Below are positions 1-16,712 of a stretch of 64,000 nt of DNA, in pieces. The stretch is taken from assembly GCA_009914755.4 (NCBI GenBank), contig CP068257.2, positions 12,064,001-12,128,000 on the forward strand. Direction: 5' to 3'. Each line of letters opens with the position of its first letter. Position 1 is the stretch's first letter. The translations under genes were made by a program, and so were the position numbers. The DNA is from the human T2T-CHM13v2.0 reference genome, Homo sapiens. The notes beneath the pieces are model-generated. The model was not told where the DNA came from. It was given only the letters and a program-made list of their open reading frames with translations, and did not search any database.

Positions 1-1099
1 AAGGAATACAGACATTTTTTCTAGCTTCAAAAGCATGGTTTGCAAACTGGCTTGTTCTTTGCCGGAGAAAACCACACACGTGGCCATTGACGCCCTTGAT
101 TGGCAGAGTTGATGGGATTTTCTCTGGCTCTCACCTTGAGGGCATCATCAGCATCCTGAAGTCACTTGCAGGCCTCTGTGCAGATGTCCTTTCGAGGGGC
201 TTCAGGCTGTGGAAGTGACCAGTGAACACAGGACCTGCCTGGACTCCCAGCCTCACAGCACAGCACCACAGCCTGGACTGCCCTCTGCCTGATACTTGCT
301 TGGTTTGGAACTTTACTCCATCAAAGCATCCAAATAAAAATATGTAGACTCCCCACCCTATCCCATCTGCTATAGGGTTCTAATTCCCCCACAGCCATCC
401 CATCACAGTGCTTTCCCCCATGACGGGGGACCCCTGCCCTGGACTCCATCCCTCCCCTACTGGAAAAGCACAGGTGCTGTGGCATGAGTTCAACCGACTG
501 AAATTCCCTGATCTTCACAGTAATAATTCTAAAATAGGGCAACAATACCCCTGTCAGTGTTCTTGGAAGAACCTCTCATTACTTGAGGCCCCAGAAATGC
601 AAACACCCTCCTGTTTTCCAGTGTGCTGTCAACCCTGGCATCAGAGCTGTTCCTGCCATGGACACTGGTAATTGACTTACTGGAGAAAGTCAAGCTTTTA
701 AGTCCCAGGAATAAAGGGTTCCTATTTCCTTAAGCTGTGTTTATTTTTACACCATTGCTGGTAGAGTCAATGTGTACTGAGTGAAGATGAGGCAAAAGTG
801 TCAAAGAGTGATTTCCAATAAGATGAAAAGTGATCTGCAGTTTCCACTTCCTTAACCAGCAGGAAACGTCTCTCCTGTAGCAACGGACAGTGGAGGCAGT
901 GGCGCTCAGTGTGGGGCCTCCTGGCTGAAGGAGGGGACAATATGGTGTCCCATCTCCCGAGATGCTGTATGCACCTCACCTGGCTGGTGATTTACTTGAA
1001 AGAAACCCATGTGTGGAGTAGGGAGTGCTGCCTTTGGCATCTACCCATGTCCTGCTCTGGACTCTGCCTCTTAGCAAGGGTGACTTGTGGGCCCAACTC

Positions 1100-1190
1100 A
1101 CCTGGTGGCTGTGAGCCACTGCACTCCAGCCTGGGCAACAGAGTGAGGCCTTGTGTGAAAATAAAATAAAATAAAATATAAAAATAAAAA
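1100..1190 (+). mobile_element. Alu 3' fragment (right arm plus A-rich tail)
   Basis: Contains 'gtgagccactgcactccagcctgggcaacagagtgag' followed by an (AAAT)n/A-rich tail. It sits directly upstream of a second, complete Alu. Confidence 0.6.
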
Positions 1191-1191
1191 T

Positions 1192-1492
<301 letters not shown>

Positions 1493-1804
1493 GACTTTAA
1501 GTCATTCATCAATTTTATGTATCTACTATTTCTTCTCCCATTCCATAAAGCCTACAGTCATACAACAGAAAGGGAAAATCAGGACAGCCACATATAAATA
1601 AAGGTGCAAAGTTGAGGCAGGAGTGGACCTTAAGGGCCAAGCAGAGGTCATTGCTGAGCCCTGGTCATTTAGCCCTGGGCTTTCTGGAAGCCAGAGTGAA
1701 AAGAGAGACACAATCAGCTGCATAAGAGTTATCAAAAAGCAGGAAGCGCGCTGGTTTTCCTGGTAGTAAAGCAAGGGCTTTCCAAGAATTTACCTCTAAA
1801 GTAA

Positions 1805-2099
<295 letters not shown>

Positions 2100-2234
2100 T
2101 AAAGTAATTTCTTACTTGAGATTTTATTTCAGGCTACTGTGTCATGCACTGGGCAGTACAGCCTGGTGGGTGAGAGCACAGTGGTTTTTTTTGTTTTGTT
2201 TTGTTTTGTTTGTCTTCTGGGTTTGGGTTTGAAT

Positions 2235-2345
2235 TTTAATACGTGCAATTTATTCTGTGCTTCACTTTCTTCATCTGTAACATGGAGATAACGGCGTCTA
2301 CCTATTAAAGTTGTGAAGATTCAATTAGATGAGTTGTATGAATAA
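2235..2345 (+). mobile_element. MIR SINE fragment (tentative)
   Basis: 'cttcatctgtaacatggagataa...tacctattaaagttgtgaagattcaat' resembles the 3' core of MIR ('cctcatctgtaaaatgggg...'). Confidence 0.35.
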
Positions 2346-2352
2346 GTGTTAG

Positions 2353-2772
<420 letters not shown>

Positions 2773-3093
2773 TAAGTGGAGTGAAAAAACAATAAACATT
2801 GAAAATAAATTTCAGAAAGTGCTGTGGAAAAACTTTACAACAGATGCAGGAATAGATTTCATTTGACTAGTTCTCCCAGTTTCCAGAAAAATCAAGGGTA
2901 GAATGTTAAAAGGCAACTCAGAGGTGAATCTGTTAGGGCCTACGGTAATGCAATCCTGGTTTGTGGAATTCCGCAGGCTAGTGTGGGTAGGTTACAATTT
3001 TGGGGGGAGGGCTTTATTTTGTTTGAAAATTCACTTCTTCCCGCTAAGCTTTTGATTAGGAGCTGAAGTTGAATCAGTTTGAAATTGTATTCT

Positions 3094-3411
3094 GGATCGA
3101 GTGCGGTGCTTCATGCCTGTAATCCCAGTGCTTTGGGAGGCCGAGGTGGGTGGATTGCTTGAGCCCAGGAGTTCGAGACCAGCCTGGACAAAATGGCAGA
3201 AACTCCATGTCTACAAAAAATACAAAAATTAGCCGGGCATGATGTTCTGCGCCTGTAGTCCCAGCTACTCAGGAGGCTGAGGTGGGAGGATCGCTTGAGC
3301 CCAGGAGGCGGAGTTTGCAGTGAGCTGAGATGTCACTGCATTCCAGCCTGGGAGACAGAGCCAGACTCTGTCTCAAAAGAAAAAAAGAAAAAAAAAAAAG
3401 AAAAGAAAAAA
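3094..3411 (+). mobile_element. Alu SINE with target-site duplication
   Basis: Alu consensus from 'ggatcgagtgcggtgcttcatgcctgtaatccc' to an A-rich tail. It is flanked by the direct repeat 'gaaattgtattctg' at 3081-3094 and 3413-3426. Confidence 0.9.
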
Positions 3412-3599
3412 CGAAATTGTATTCTGAATACATCTTCTAAAACACTACATTTACTTGCACTATATTAAACTGGTTTTATCCTGACCACAATTGCAGGTGA
3501 AAGATACCACTGTTGTTCTATTTTTCTGGTAAGTAGAGTGAGCCATGTCTTCCCCAGGGAAAGACGCCTCCTAAAAATTTGTAGGACCACCTTTGGTTT

Positions 3600-4560
3600 T
3601 CTTCCAGATATTTTTTTTGTCATCGCTTTTCCTGCGCCCAATTCCCATCTGTCTAGCCCTTCTGCCTCCGCTCGTCTTTTTCGCGAGCCTCTCCCCAGCC
3701 GCAGGTATTCGTCTGGGCTGCAGCCCCTCCCATCTCCTGGGGCGTGACCACCTGTCCAGGCCCCGCCCCCGTCCAACCCGCGGAGACCCGCCCCCTTCCC
3801 CGGACACCGGGTTCAGCGCCCGAGCGTGCGAGCGCGTCCCCGCTCGTCGCCCGGCTCGGCGTCGGGAGCGCGCTCTGTGTGGTCGCTGCTGCAGTGTTGT
3901 TGTGGCTGTGAGAAGGCGGCGGCGGCGGCGGAGCAGCAGCCGGACCAGACTCCCTAGTAGCTCAGGCGCTGCCCTGCGCCGGCCCTGGCAGGGAGCCTGG
4001 TGAGATGGTGGAGGAGGAGGCTGTGCCGTGGCTGGCCTTGCTGTGTCCTGCTGCCTGGTTAGAACCCCATCCCCGTCCCCCGTCTCCTCCGGGGGGTGAG
4101 GAGGAGCTGGAAGAGGGGCCGGCCTCTGTCCGGCCCGGCCAGGCGGCCGTCACCCTCTGAGGAGGCAGCGCCCGGGGAGGGGCCTCCCAGGCGGCCGCCG
4201 CCGCCAGGGGGAGGCGCTGGGAGTGGGAGTGGGAGCGGGACCTCAGCTGCCAAGCTCGGCCCGGACCCTAGGTGCGGGGGAGGCGGGGTCCCGGGCTCGG
4301 GCTGCCTGCCCGGACCTGGCGGGGATGGGCCCGTGCGGCTCCGGGTGTGGGACGTACCCTCAGAGCGCCCGGGGTTATTCCCACTGACTCCAGGGAGGTG
4401 AGTGTGCGCCCTTCGCTCCCTGCCGTGTCTGTGAGGGTCCATCGTTGCCGGAGACTGGAGGTCGGGGGCCATGGGAGCCCCGGGGCGAACGGTGCGGACA
4501 TGGGCCTTGTGGAAAGGAGGAGTGACCGCCTGAGCGTGCAGCAGGACATCTTCCTGACCT
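3600..4560. promoter_or_regulatory. CpG island; putative TATA-less promoter and 5' exon of an unidentified transcript
   Basis: High GC with dense CpG, unlike the surrounding CpG-depleted DNA. There is a GC box 'ggccccgcccccgtcc' near 3755, a (GGC)5 tract near 3913-3930, and candidate splice donors 'ctggtgaga' (about 3998), 'gaggtgagtgtg' (about 4397) and 'cctggtaataat' (about 4560). Confidence 0.6.
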
Positions 4561-5039
4561 GGTAATAATTAGGTGAGAAGGATGGTTGGGGGCGGTCGGC
4601 GTAACTCAGGGAACACTGGTCAGGCTGCTCCCCAAACGATTACGGTGTTATTTCTCCGGTAGAAATTTTGCTTGGTGTATGGCACTTCCGGACCCATAAG
4701 ATGATGTCAGTTGTATTTTGGGCTGGAAAAATTATGTCAAAATTATGGGGTAGATTTTATGGCCACATTAATAGACTCCCCTGGAGTTTGATAATCTCAC
4801 TTGTGAGTTTTGGACATGAACTACTATTACATATTGATGTTCGAATGTCGTTTCCAGACCCAGACCTAAATTCTTACTGTTCTAGTATCTTGATATCCAC
4901 TTTGTTTTCTGACATCTATTTTTCCACAACCCAAACAAACAAAACCCCAAAACCATATACTTTTCCAGTTGAGGTTCAACTTTCTCACAGTAAATCCCTT
5001 CCCATCTGGGATTACAGGAGTAATAGCAACACAGTGTGT

Positions 5040-5280
5040 GTTTATAGATAGCAGCAATAATACATTTATTATATATAATATAATAAATGTATTAATATTA
5101 TATATTTGTATATATACAAATATATATAATTACATATATTTATTAAATATATAAGTAAAAATTTATTATATATAAATTTTAATTTATATATAAAATTACA
5201 TATATAGTAATATGTATTGAAATACATATTACTATAAATGTAATATGTATTTCATTTGTGTATATGTCAATATACACAAA
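5040..5280. repeat. AT-rich low-complexity tract with near-perfect palindromes
   Basis: Almost pure A/T with (TA)n and (TATA)-like runs. It contains the inverted repeat 'tagtaatatgtattgaaatacatattacta'. Confidence 0.7.
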
Positions 5281-5317
5281 TGGAAGCAATGACTACGTAA
5301 TAAGTGCTAAGTCTTTT

Positions 5318-5497
5318 TTGTTCTTGTTGTTTTGAGATCAAGTGTCACTCTTGTTTCCCAGGCTGGAGTGCAATGGTGCAATCTCGGCTACTGCAACCAC
5401 TGCTGCCCGAGTTCAATCGATTCTCCCCTCAGCCTCCCAAGTAGCTGGGATTACAGGTGTGTGCCACCACACCCGGCTAATTTTTGTATTTTTAGTA
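5318..5497 (-). mobile_element. Alu fragment (single arm, reverse orientation)
   Basis: 'tttgagatcaagtgtcactcttgtttcccaggctggagtgcaatggtg...cctcagcctcccaagtagctgggattacaggtgtgtgccaccacacccggctaatttttgtatttttagta'. Confidence 0.8.
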
Positions 5498-5744
5498 ATT
5501 TTCCCCAGTGTGTGGCTTGGCTTTTCACTCTCTAAATGGTGTCTTTTGATGAACAGAAATTGTTAATTTTATGAAAGTTTAATTTATCAATTATGGTTAG
5601 TTATAGTTATGTACAATTTGGAAAATCATTGCCTATCCCAACATTATAAAAATAATGTCCTACATTCTTTTTTAAGAGGTTACATTATTTTACATTTCTC
5701 AGCAGGGTCTCAGATCTAGTTGATGTGATTTTTTCAAATCACAA

Positions 5745-6190
5745 ACTCACTTTTGTATAGGGTTTGAGGAGGGGTCAAAATAAATTTTTCCTCATAGATA
5801 TCCAGTTGATCCAGCACCTTTTATTGAAAAGGCCATTCCTCACACTAAATTGTAGTAGTGCTTTTGTCAAAAATCAGGTGACTGTATATAGAAAGGTCTG
5901 TTTCTGATCTGTTTTCTGTTTTATTATTCTAGGTGTCCATGCTTGTTCTAATACCTTACTATTTGATTTACTTTAGCTTTATACCAAGTTTTGATGTTTA
6001 ATCATGTAAATCCTCAACCTTTGTTCTTTTTCAAAGTTATCTTGGCTATTAAATTCTTGGTATTTCTAAATATAGTTTTAAAACAGTGTCAGACAATGCT
6101 TTTTTATTATTTAAAGATGAGATACTAAGTACCTGAACACAATGACAAATTCTGTGATCTTCTGAAACTAACCTCCGGGTGTGAGAATTT
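5745..6190 (+). mobile_element. Ancient L1 (L1M-like) 3' end fragment
   Basis: 'tatccagttgatccagcaccttttattgaaaaggccattcctcac...tgttctttttcaaagttatcttggctattaaattcttggtatttc' matches the conserved 3' region of old L1M elements. Confidence 0.5.
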
Positions 6191-7213
6191 GAAGGTTAGT
6201 GGATAGAAGATGGCCGAATAGGAACAGCTCCGATCTGCAGCTCCCAGTGAGACCAACACAGAAAACAGGTGATTTCTGCATTTCCAAATGAGGTACCTGG
6301 TTCATCATCATTGGCACTGGTTGGACAGTGGGTGCAGCCCACAGAGGGTGAGTTGAAGCAGGGCAGTGTGTCACCTCATCCGGGAAATGCAAGGGGTCAG
6401 GAGATTTCCTTTACCTATCCAAGGGAAGCTGTGACAGACTGTACTTGGAAAAATGGTACACTTCTGCCTAAATACTGTGCTTTTCCCATGGTCTTAGCAA
6501 CCAGCAGACCAGGAGATTCCCTCCCATGTCTGGCTCAGTGGATCCCACGCCCATGGAGCCTTGCTCACTGCTAGCACAGCAATCTGAGATTGACCTGAGA
6601 GGCTGCAGCCGGGTGGAGGGAGGGGGGTCTGCTATTGCTGAGGCTTCAGTAGGTAAAGAAAGCAGCCAGAAAGCTCAAACTGGGTGGAGCCCACCACAGC
6701 TCAACAATGCCTACTGCCTCTATAGGCTCCACCTCTTTGGACAGGGCATAGCTGAACAAAAGGCAGCAGACAACTTCTTCAGACTTAAACATCCCTGTCT
6801 GACAGCTCTGAGAGAGAAGTGGTTCTTCCAGCATGGTGTTGGAACTCTGAGAATGGACAGACTGCCTCCTTAAGGGGGCCCCTGATCCCCGTATAGCCTG
6901 ACTGGGAGACATCTCCCAGTAGGGGCCGACAGATACCTCATACAGGTGGGTGCCCCTCTGCGATGAAGCTTCCAGAGGAAGGATCAGGCAGCAATACTTG
7001 CTCTTCTGCAGCCTCTGCTGGTGATGCCCAGGCAAACAGGGTCTGGAGTGGACCTCCAGCAAACTCCAACAGACATGCAGCTGAGAGGCCTGTTAGAAGG
7101 AAAACTAACAAACAGAAAGGAATAGCATCAATATCAACAAAAAGGACATCCACATTAAAACCCCATCTGTAGGTCACCAACATCAAAGACCAAAGGTAGA
7201 TAAAATCACAAAG

Positions 7214-8035
7214 ATGGGGAGAAACCAGAGCAGAAAAGATGAAAATTCCAAAAACCTAAGCACTTCTTCTTGTCCAAAGGATCGCAGCTCCTCACCAGCA
7301 ACAGAACAAAACTGGACAGAGAATGACTTTGATGAATTGACAGAAGTAGGCTTCAGAAGGTCGGTAATAACAAACTTCTCTGAGCTAAAGGAGCATGTTC
7401 TAACCCACTGGAAGGAAGCTAAAACTCTTGAAAACAGGTTAGATGAATGGCTAACTAGAATAAATAGTGTAAAGAAGACCTTAAATGACCTGATGGAGAT
7501 GAAAACCACAGCATGAGAACTTCGTGACGCATGCACAAGCATCAATAGCTGATTCAATCAAGTGGAAGAAAGGATATCAGTGATTGAAGATCAAATTAAT
7601 GAAATAAAGTGAGAAGACAAGATTAGAGAAAAAAGAGTAGAAAGAAATGAACAAAGCCTCCAAAAAATATGGGACTATGTGAATAGACCAAATCTACATT
7701 TGATTGGTGTACCTGAAAGTGACAGGGAGAATGGAACCAAGTTAGAAAATATTCTTCAGGATATTATCCAGGAGAATTTCCCCAACCTGGCAAGGCAGGC
7801 CAACATGCAAATTCAGGAAATACAGAGAATACAACAAAGATACTCCACGAGAAGAGCAACTCCAAGACACATAATTGTCAGATTCACCAAGGTTGAAATG
7901 AAGGAAAAAATGTTAAGGGCAGCCAGAGAGAAAGGTCGGGTTACCCACAAAGAGAAAACCATCAGACTAACAGCGGATGTCTCAGCAGAAACCCTACAGG
8001 CCAGAAGAGTGGGGGCCAATATCCAACATTCTTAA
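7214..8035 (+). pseudogene. L1 ORF1 remnant
   Basis: Translation 'MGRNQSRKDENSKNLS...SSSPATEQNWTENDFDEL' and 'NRPNLHLIGVPESDRENGTKLENILQDIIQENFPNLARQANMQIQEIQR...' matches L1 ORF1p. There is an internal stop at 7516. Confidence 0.85.
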
Positions 8036-8300
8036 AGAAAAGAATTTTCAACCCAGAATTTCATATCCAGCCAAACTACGCATCATAAGTGAAGGATAAA
8101 TAAAATCCTTTACATACAAGCAAATGCTGAGAGATTTTGTCACCATCAGGCCTGCCTTACAAGAGGTCCTGAAGGAAGCAATAAACATGGAAATGAACAA
8201 TCAGTACCAGCCACTGCAAAAACATGCCAAATTGCAAAGGCCATCTACACTATGAAGAAATTACATCAACTAAGGGGTAAAGTAACCAGCAAACATAATA

Positions 8301-13200
<4,900 letters not shown>

Positions 13201-13772
13201 ACAATGAGAACACATGGACATAGGAAGGGGAACATCACACACCGGGGCCTATTGGGGGGTGGGCAGCTGGGAGAGGGATAGCATTAGGAGAAATACCTAA
13301 TGTAAATGATGAGTTGATGGGTGCAGCAAACCAACGTGGCACATGTATACCTATTTAACAAACCTGCACTTTGTGCAAATGTACCCTAGAACTTAAAGTC
13401 TAATAATAAAAAAAACAAATTTAGTGGACAAAGTGAGTAGCTATCTTTTCTGCTTTCATCTCACTAAATCTAGTTTAATAATCAGATTGCAATAACATAA
13501 TAAATTTTATAGTAAGATTGTATATAATTACCTATATATTGGAAGACAAGGGAAAATTTATAACTGTGAGTGCTGATGAAGCTAACATATTACCTGCATT
13601 TTGAAGTGTGAATGAACATTCAACAGGAATGCACTTATTTCATGGAATAAGATGTAAGATGTAAGAGATATGAAAGAAAAATATGAGTAATGTAATAAGT
13701 AATGCTTTAAAAAAAAGTAGGGAAGCCATTAATGTACTGTGACTGTTACATTATGTTCAAAATGAGAACTAA

Positions 13773-14127
<355 letters not shown>

Positions 14128-15774
14128 TTAGATCTGTACTTTCTAACAGAGCAACACAACCAGCATTTCTAACAAATGCTGCAAATCTTAAAGACGATGG
14201 TGTTCAGCATAATCTAAGAATACAGAGCATAAAAACCTATTTTGGAAAAAATATTAAAAGCATAATGGTAAAATTCAACACTTATTTTTAGAACCTACTG
14301 TGTGCCAGGCACTTTAAAAAATGTTTTTAATACAAGGATGAGCAAAATTGGTGAAATCTCTGCCCCTGTGGAGTGTCCAGTCTAATGAAAAAAACAGCAA
14401 GTTAAGAAGCAAATGCATAATATAGTGTTAGGTTGTGATAAGGGCTATGTGGAAAAAATAAAGTGTGGTTGAATATAGAATGACACAATGTGTGTGTGTA
14501 GAGAGTATTGTTGGAGAGAAGGCTCAGAAGTGAAAGAAATGATGAAAGAACCACACCAATATCTGATGCAAGAGGGAATAGCCAATCAGAAGCCTTAAGG
14601 CTGCAAGAGCTGGGAGGTTTAATAAACAGCAAGAAAAATAGTGCCAAAGTGATATAGAGTGGCAGAGGGAAAAGTAGTAAGTAACAGATACAAAAGATAA
14701 GCAGGGCCTAGATTCCCTGTGGCCTGGGAGATAATGGTGAAGACTTATGGATTTGTTTCATGTGGTGAAAATCTGTTGTAGAATTTGAGCAGGAAATGAT
14801 GTGATCTGATCTACGTTTTTGAAAGAATCATTCTGGCTCCTGTTTGGAAAATAGCTGGGATTGGGTTGGAAAAAAAAAAAGTAATGGAAATAGAGGGAAC
14901 AATCAGAAATGACTGCTGTAATTTAGAAGAGAGATAACGGAAACATGGCCTCGGGTAGTATCTACAAAAAAGGTGAGAACTCGATTTAGGATGTGTTGTG
15001 AAGGTAAAGTTGACAGGCTTTGCCAATAGAATGGATTTGGAGTGTGTAAAACATAGGGAATCCAGGCTGATTTTTAAATTGAGGGCCAGAGCCACTGGAT
15101 AGTTAGAGATGATATTTCCACTAAGACTGGAAGTGAGGGGGAGCATCATATTTGGGGCAGGGAGGAATCAAAGTTTCTGTTTTGAGTGGTTTAATTCAGA
15201 ATGCTTCTCAGATATCCCAGAGGAGGTGTTAATTTGGCAGTCAAGTATCTGAATCTGGACACAGAGGGGAGGTCAAGGCTGGATGTGTTAGTTTAGAAAT
15301 AACCAGCATTTGGGTAAGATTAAAACCTATGATATAGGATAAAATTATCTAGAGAGAGCATTTACTCAGAGAACTCTCAATATTCAGGAACACAAGCCTA
15401 TCCAGACTGGCTCAGGATAAATAAAGTTTTATGTAGAAGACAAATAGTTGCCCATGTAGAACCAAAGAAAAGGCGCAAATAAATACAAGCCCATCATCTC
15501 TCTTGGTTACATAGAATACATGAGGCAGTAAAGGATAAGGATTAAACTTTCAAGATGTGAATGTCTTGAATTCAGATGTCAAACAGAACTGAATTTGAAT
15601 CTGTTTCCCACCAGCCAAATGAGTGTTTGATGAAGATGACCATGATGATGATAATGACTTACATTTCTTAATGTTTCCCGTATGTATGTAGGACTTTTAA
15701 ACTTGTTCCAGTACAGGTAGGGAAAGAAAATTCACATTAGTTTATTCACACACATATAGAGAGAGTTGGGGTAT

Positions 15775-15886
15775 CTGCGTGCTGCCCAGGCTGGGCATTT
15801 GAGCCCATTCCTGGGCTCAAATAATCCTCCTGCCTAGGTCTCCCAAAGTGCTGGGATTACAGGCATGATCCACTGTGCCCTGCCCT
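15775..15886 (-). mobile_element. Alu fragment (reverse orientation)
   Basis: 'ctgcccaggctgggcatttgagcc...aataatcctcctgcctaggtctcccaaagtgctgggattacaggcatgatccactgtgccctgccc'. Confidence 0.7.
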
Positions 15887-16093
15887 AAATATATTTTATA
15901 TATAGCAGGTAATAAAACAAGAACATGAGGATTACAATTTTTAATCACAGAGGGAAAGATTTTGTGAGAATAACATAATTTCATATTCAAACAGCAAGTC
16001 TTTAGCTAATTCTTTGATTAAAGTATTGACAAAACCATTTTGAAAAATGTTTCTGAGGCACTTTTACCTGTGAAGTTTTGAAAGATCTACACT

Positions 16094-16679
16094 TTTTTTT
16101 TTTTTAATGTTTTTTTTTTTTATTATACTCTTAAGTTTTAGGGAACATGTGCACATTGTGCAGGTTAGTTACATATGTATACATGTGCCATGCTGGTGCG
16201 CTGCACCCACTAACATGTCATCTAGCATTAGGTATATCTCCCAATGCTATCCCTCCCCCCTCCCCCGACCCCACCACAGTCCCCAGAGTGTGATATTCCC
16301 CTTCCTGTGTCCATGTGATCTCATTGTTCAATTCCCACCTATGAGTGAGAATATGCGGTGTTTGGTTTTTTGTTCTTGCGATAGTTTACTGAGAATGATG
16401 GTTTCCAATTTCATCCATGTCCCTACAAAGGACATGAACTCATCATCATTTTTTATGGCTGCATAGTATTCCATGGTGTATATGTGCCACATTTTCTTAA
16501 TCCAGTCTATCATTGTTGGACATTTGGGTTGGTTCCAAGTCTTTGCTATTGTGAATAGTGCCACAATAAACATACGTGTGCATGTGTCTTTATAGCAGCA
16601 TGATTTATAGTCCTTTGGGTATATACCCAGTAATGGGATGGCTGGGTCAAATGGTATTTCTAGTTCTAGATCCCTGAGG

Positions 16680-16680
<1 letters not shown>
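16094..16680 (-). mobile_element. L1 3' end fragment (reverse orientation; C-terminal ORF2 plus 3'UTR)
   Basis: Poly-T at 16094-16135, then 'attatactcttaagttttagggaacatgtgcacattgtgcaggttagttacatatgtatacatgtgccatg...'. The minus-strand ORF 16328-16801 translates to the L1 ORF2p C-terminus ('...KCPTMIDWIKKMWHIYTMEYYAAIKNDDEFMSFVGTWMKLETIILSKLSQEQKTKHRIFSLIGGN'). Confidence 0.85.

Positions 16681-16708
<28 letters not shown>
16681..16708. repeat. Poly(A) tract of about 28 nt abutting the truncated L1
   Basis: An uninterrupted run of A directly after the L1 truncation point 'tccctgagga'. Confidence 0.8.

Positions 16709-16712
<4 letters not shown>

Noticed and set aside
3593-4565. Overlapping 90-137 aa ORFs on both strands in the CpG island (3593-4003, 4059-4472, 4096-4401, 4268-4549, 4272-4565)
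   Set aside because: Pro/Arg/Gly-rich translations are typical of stop-poor GC-rich DNA. They overlap mutually on both strands and contain no recognisable domains.
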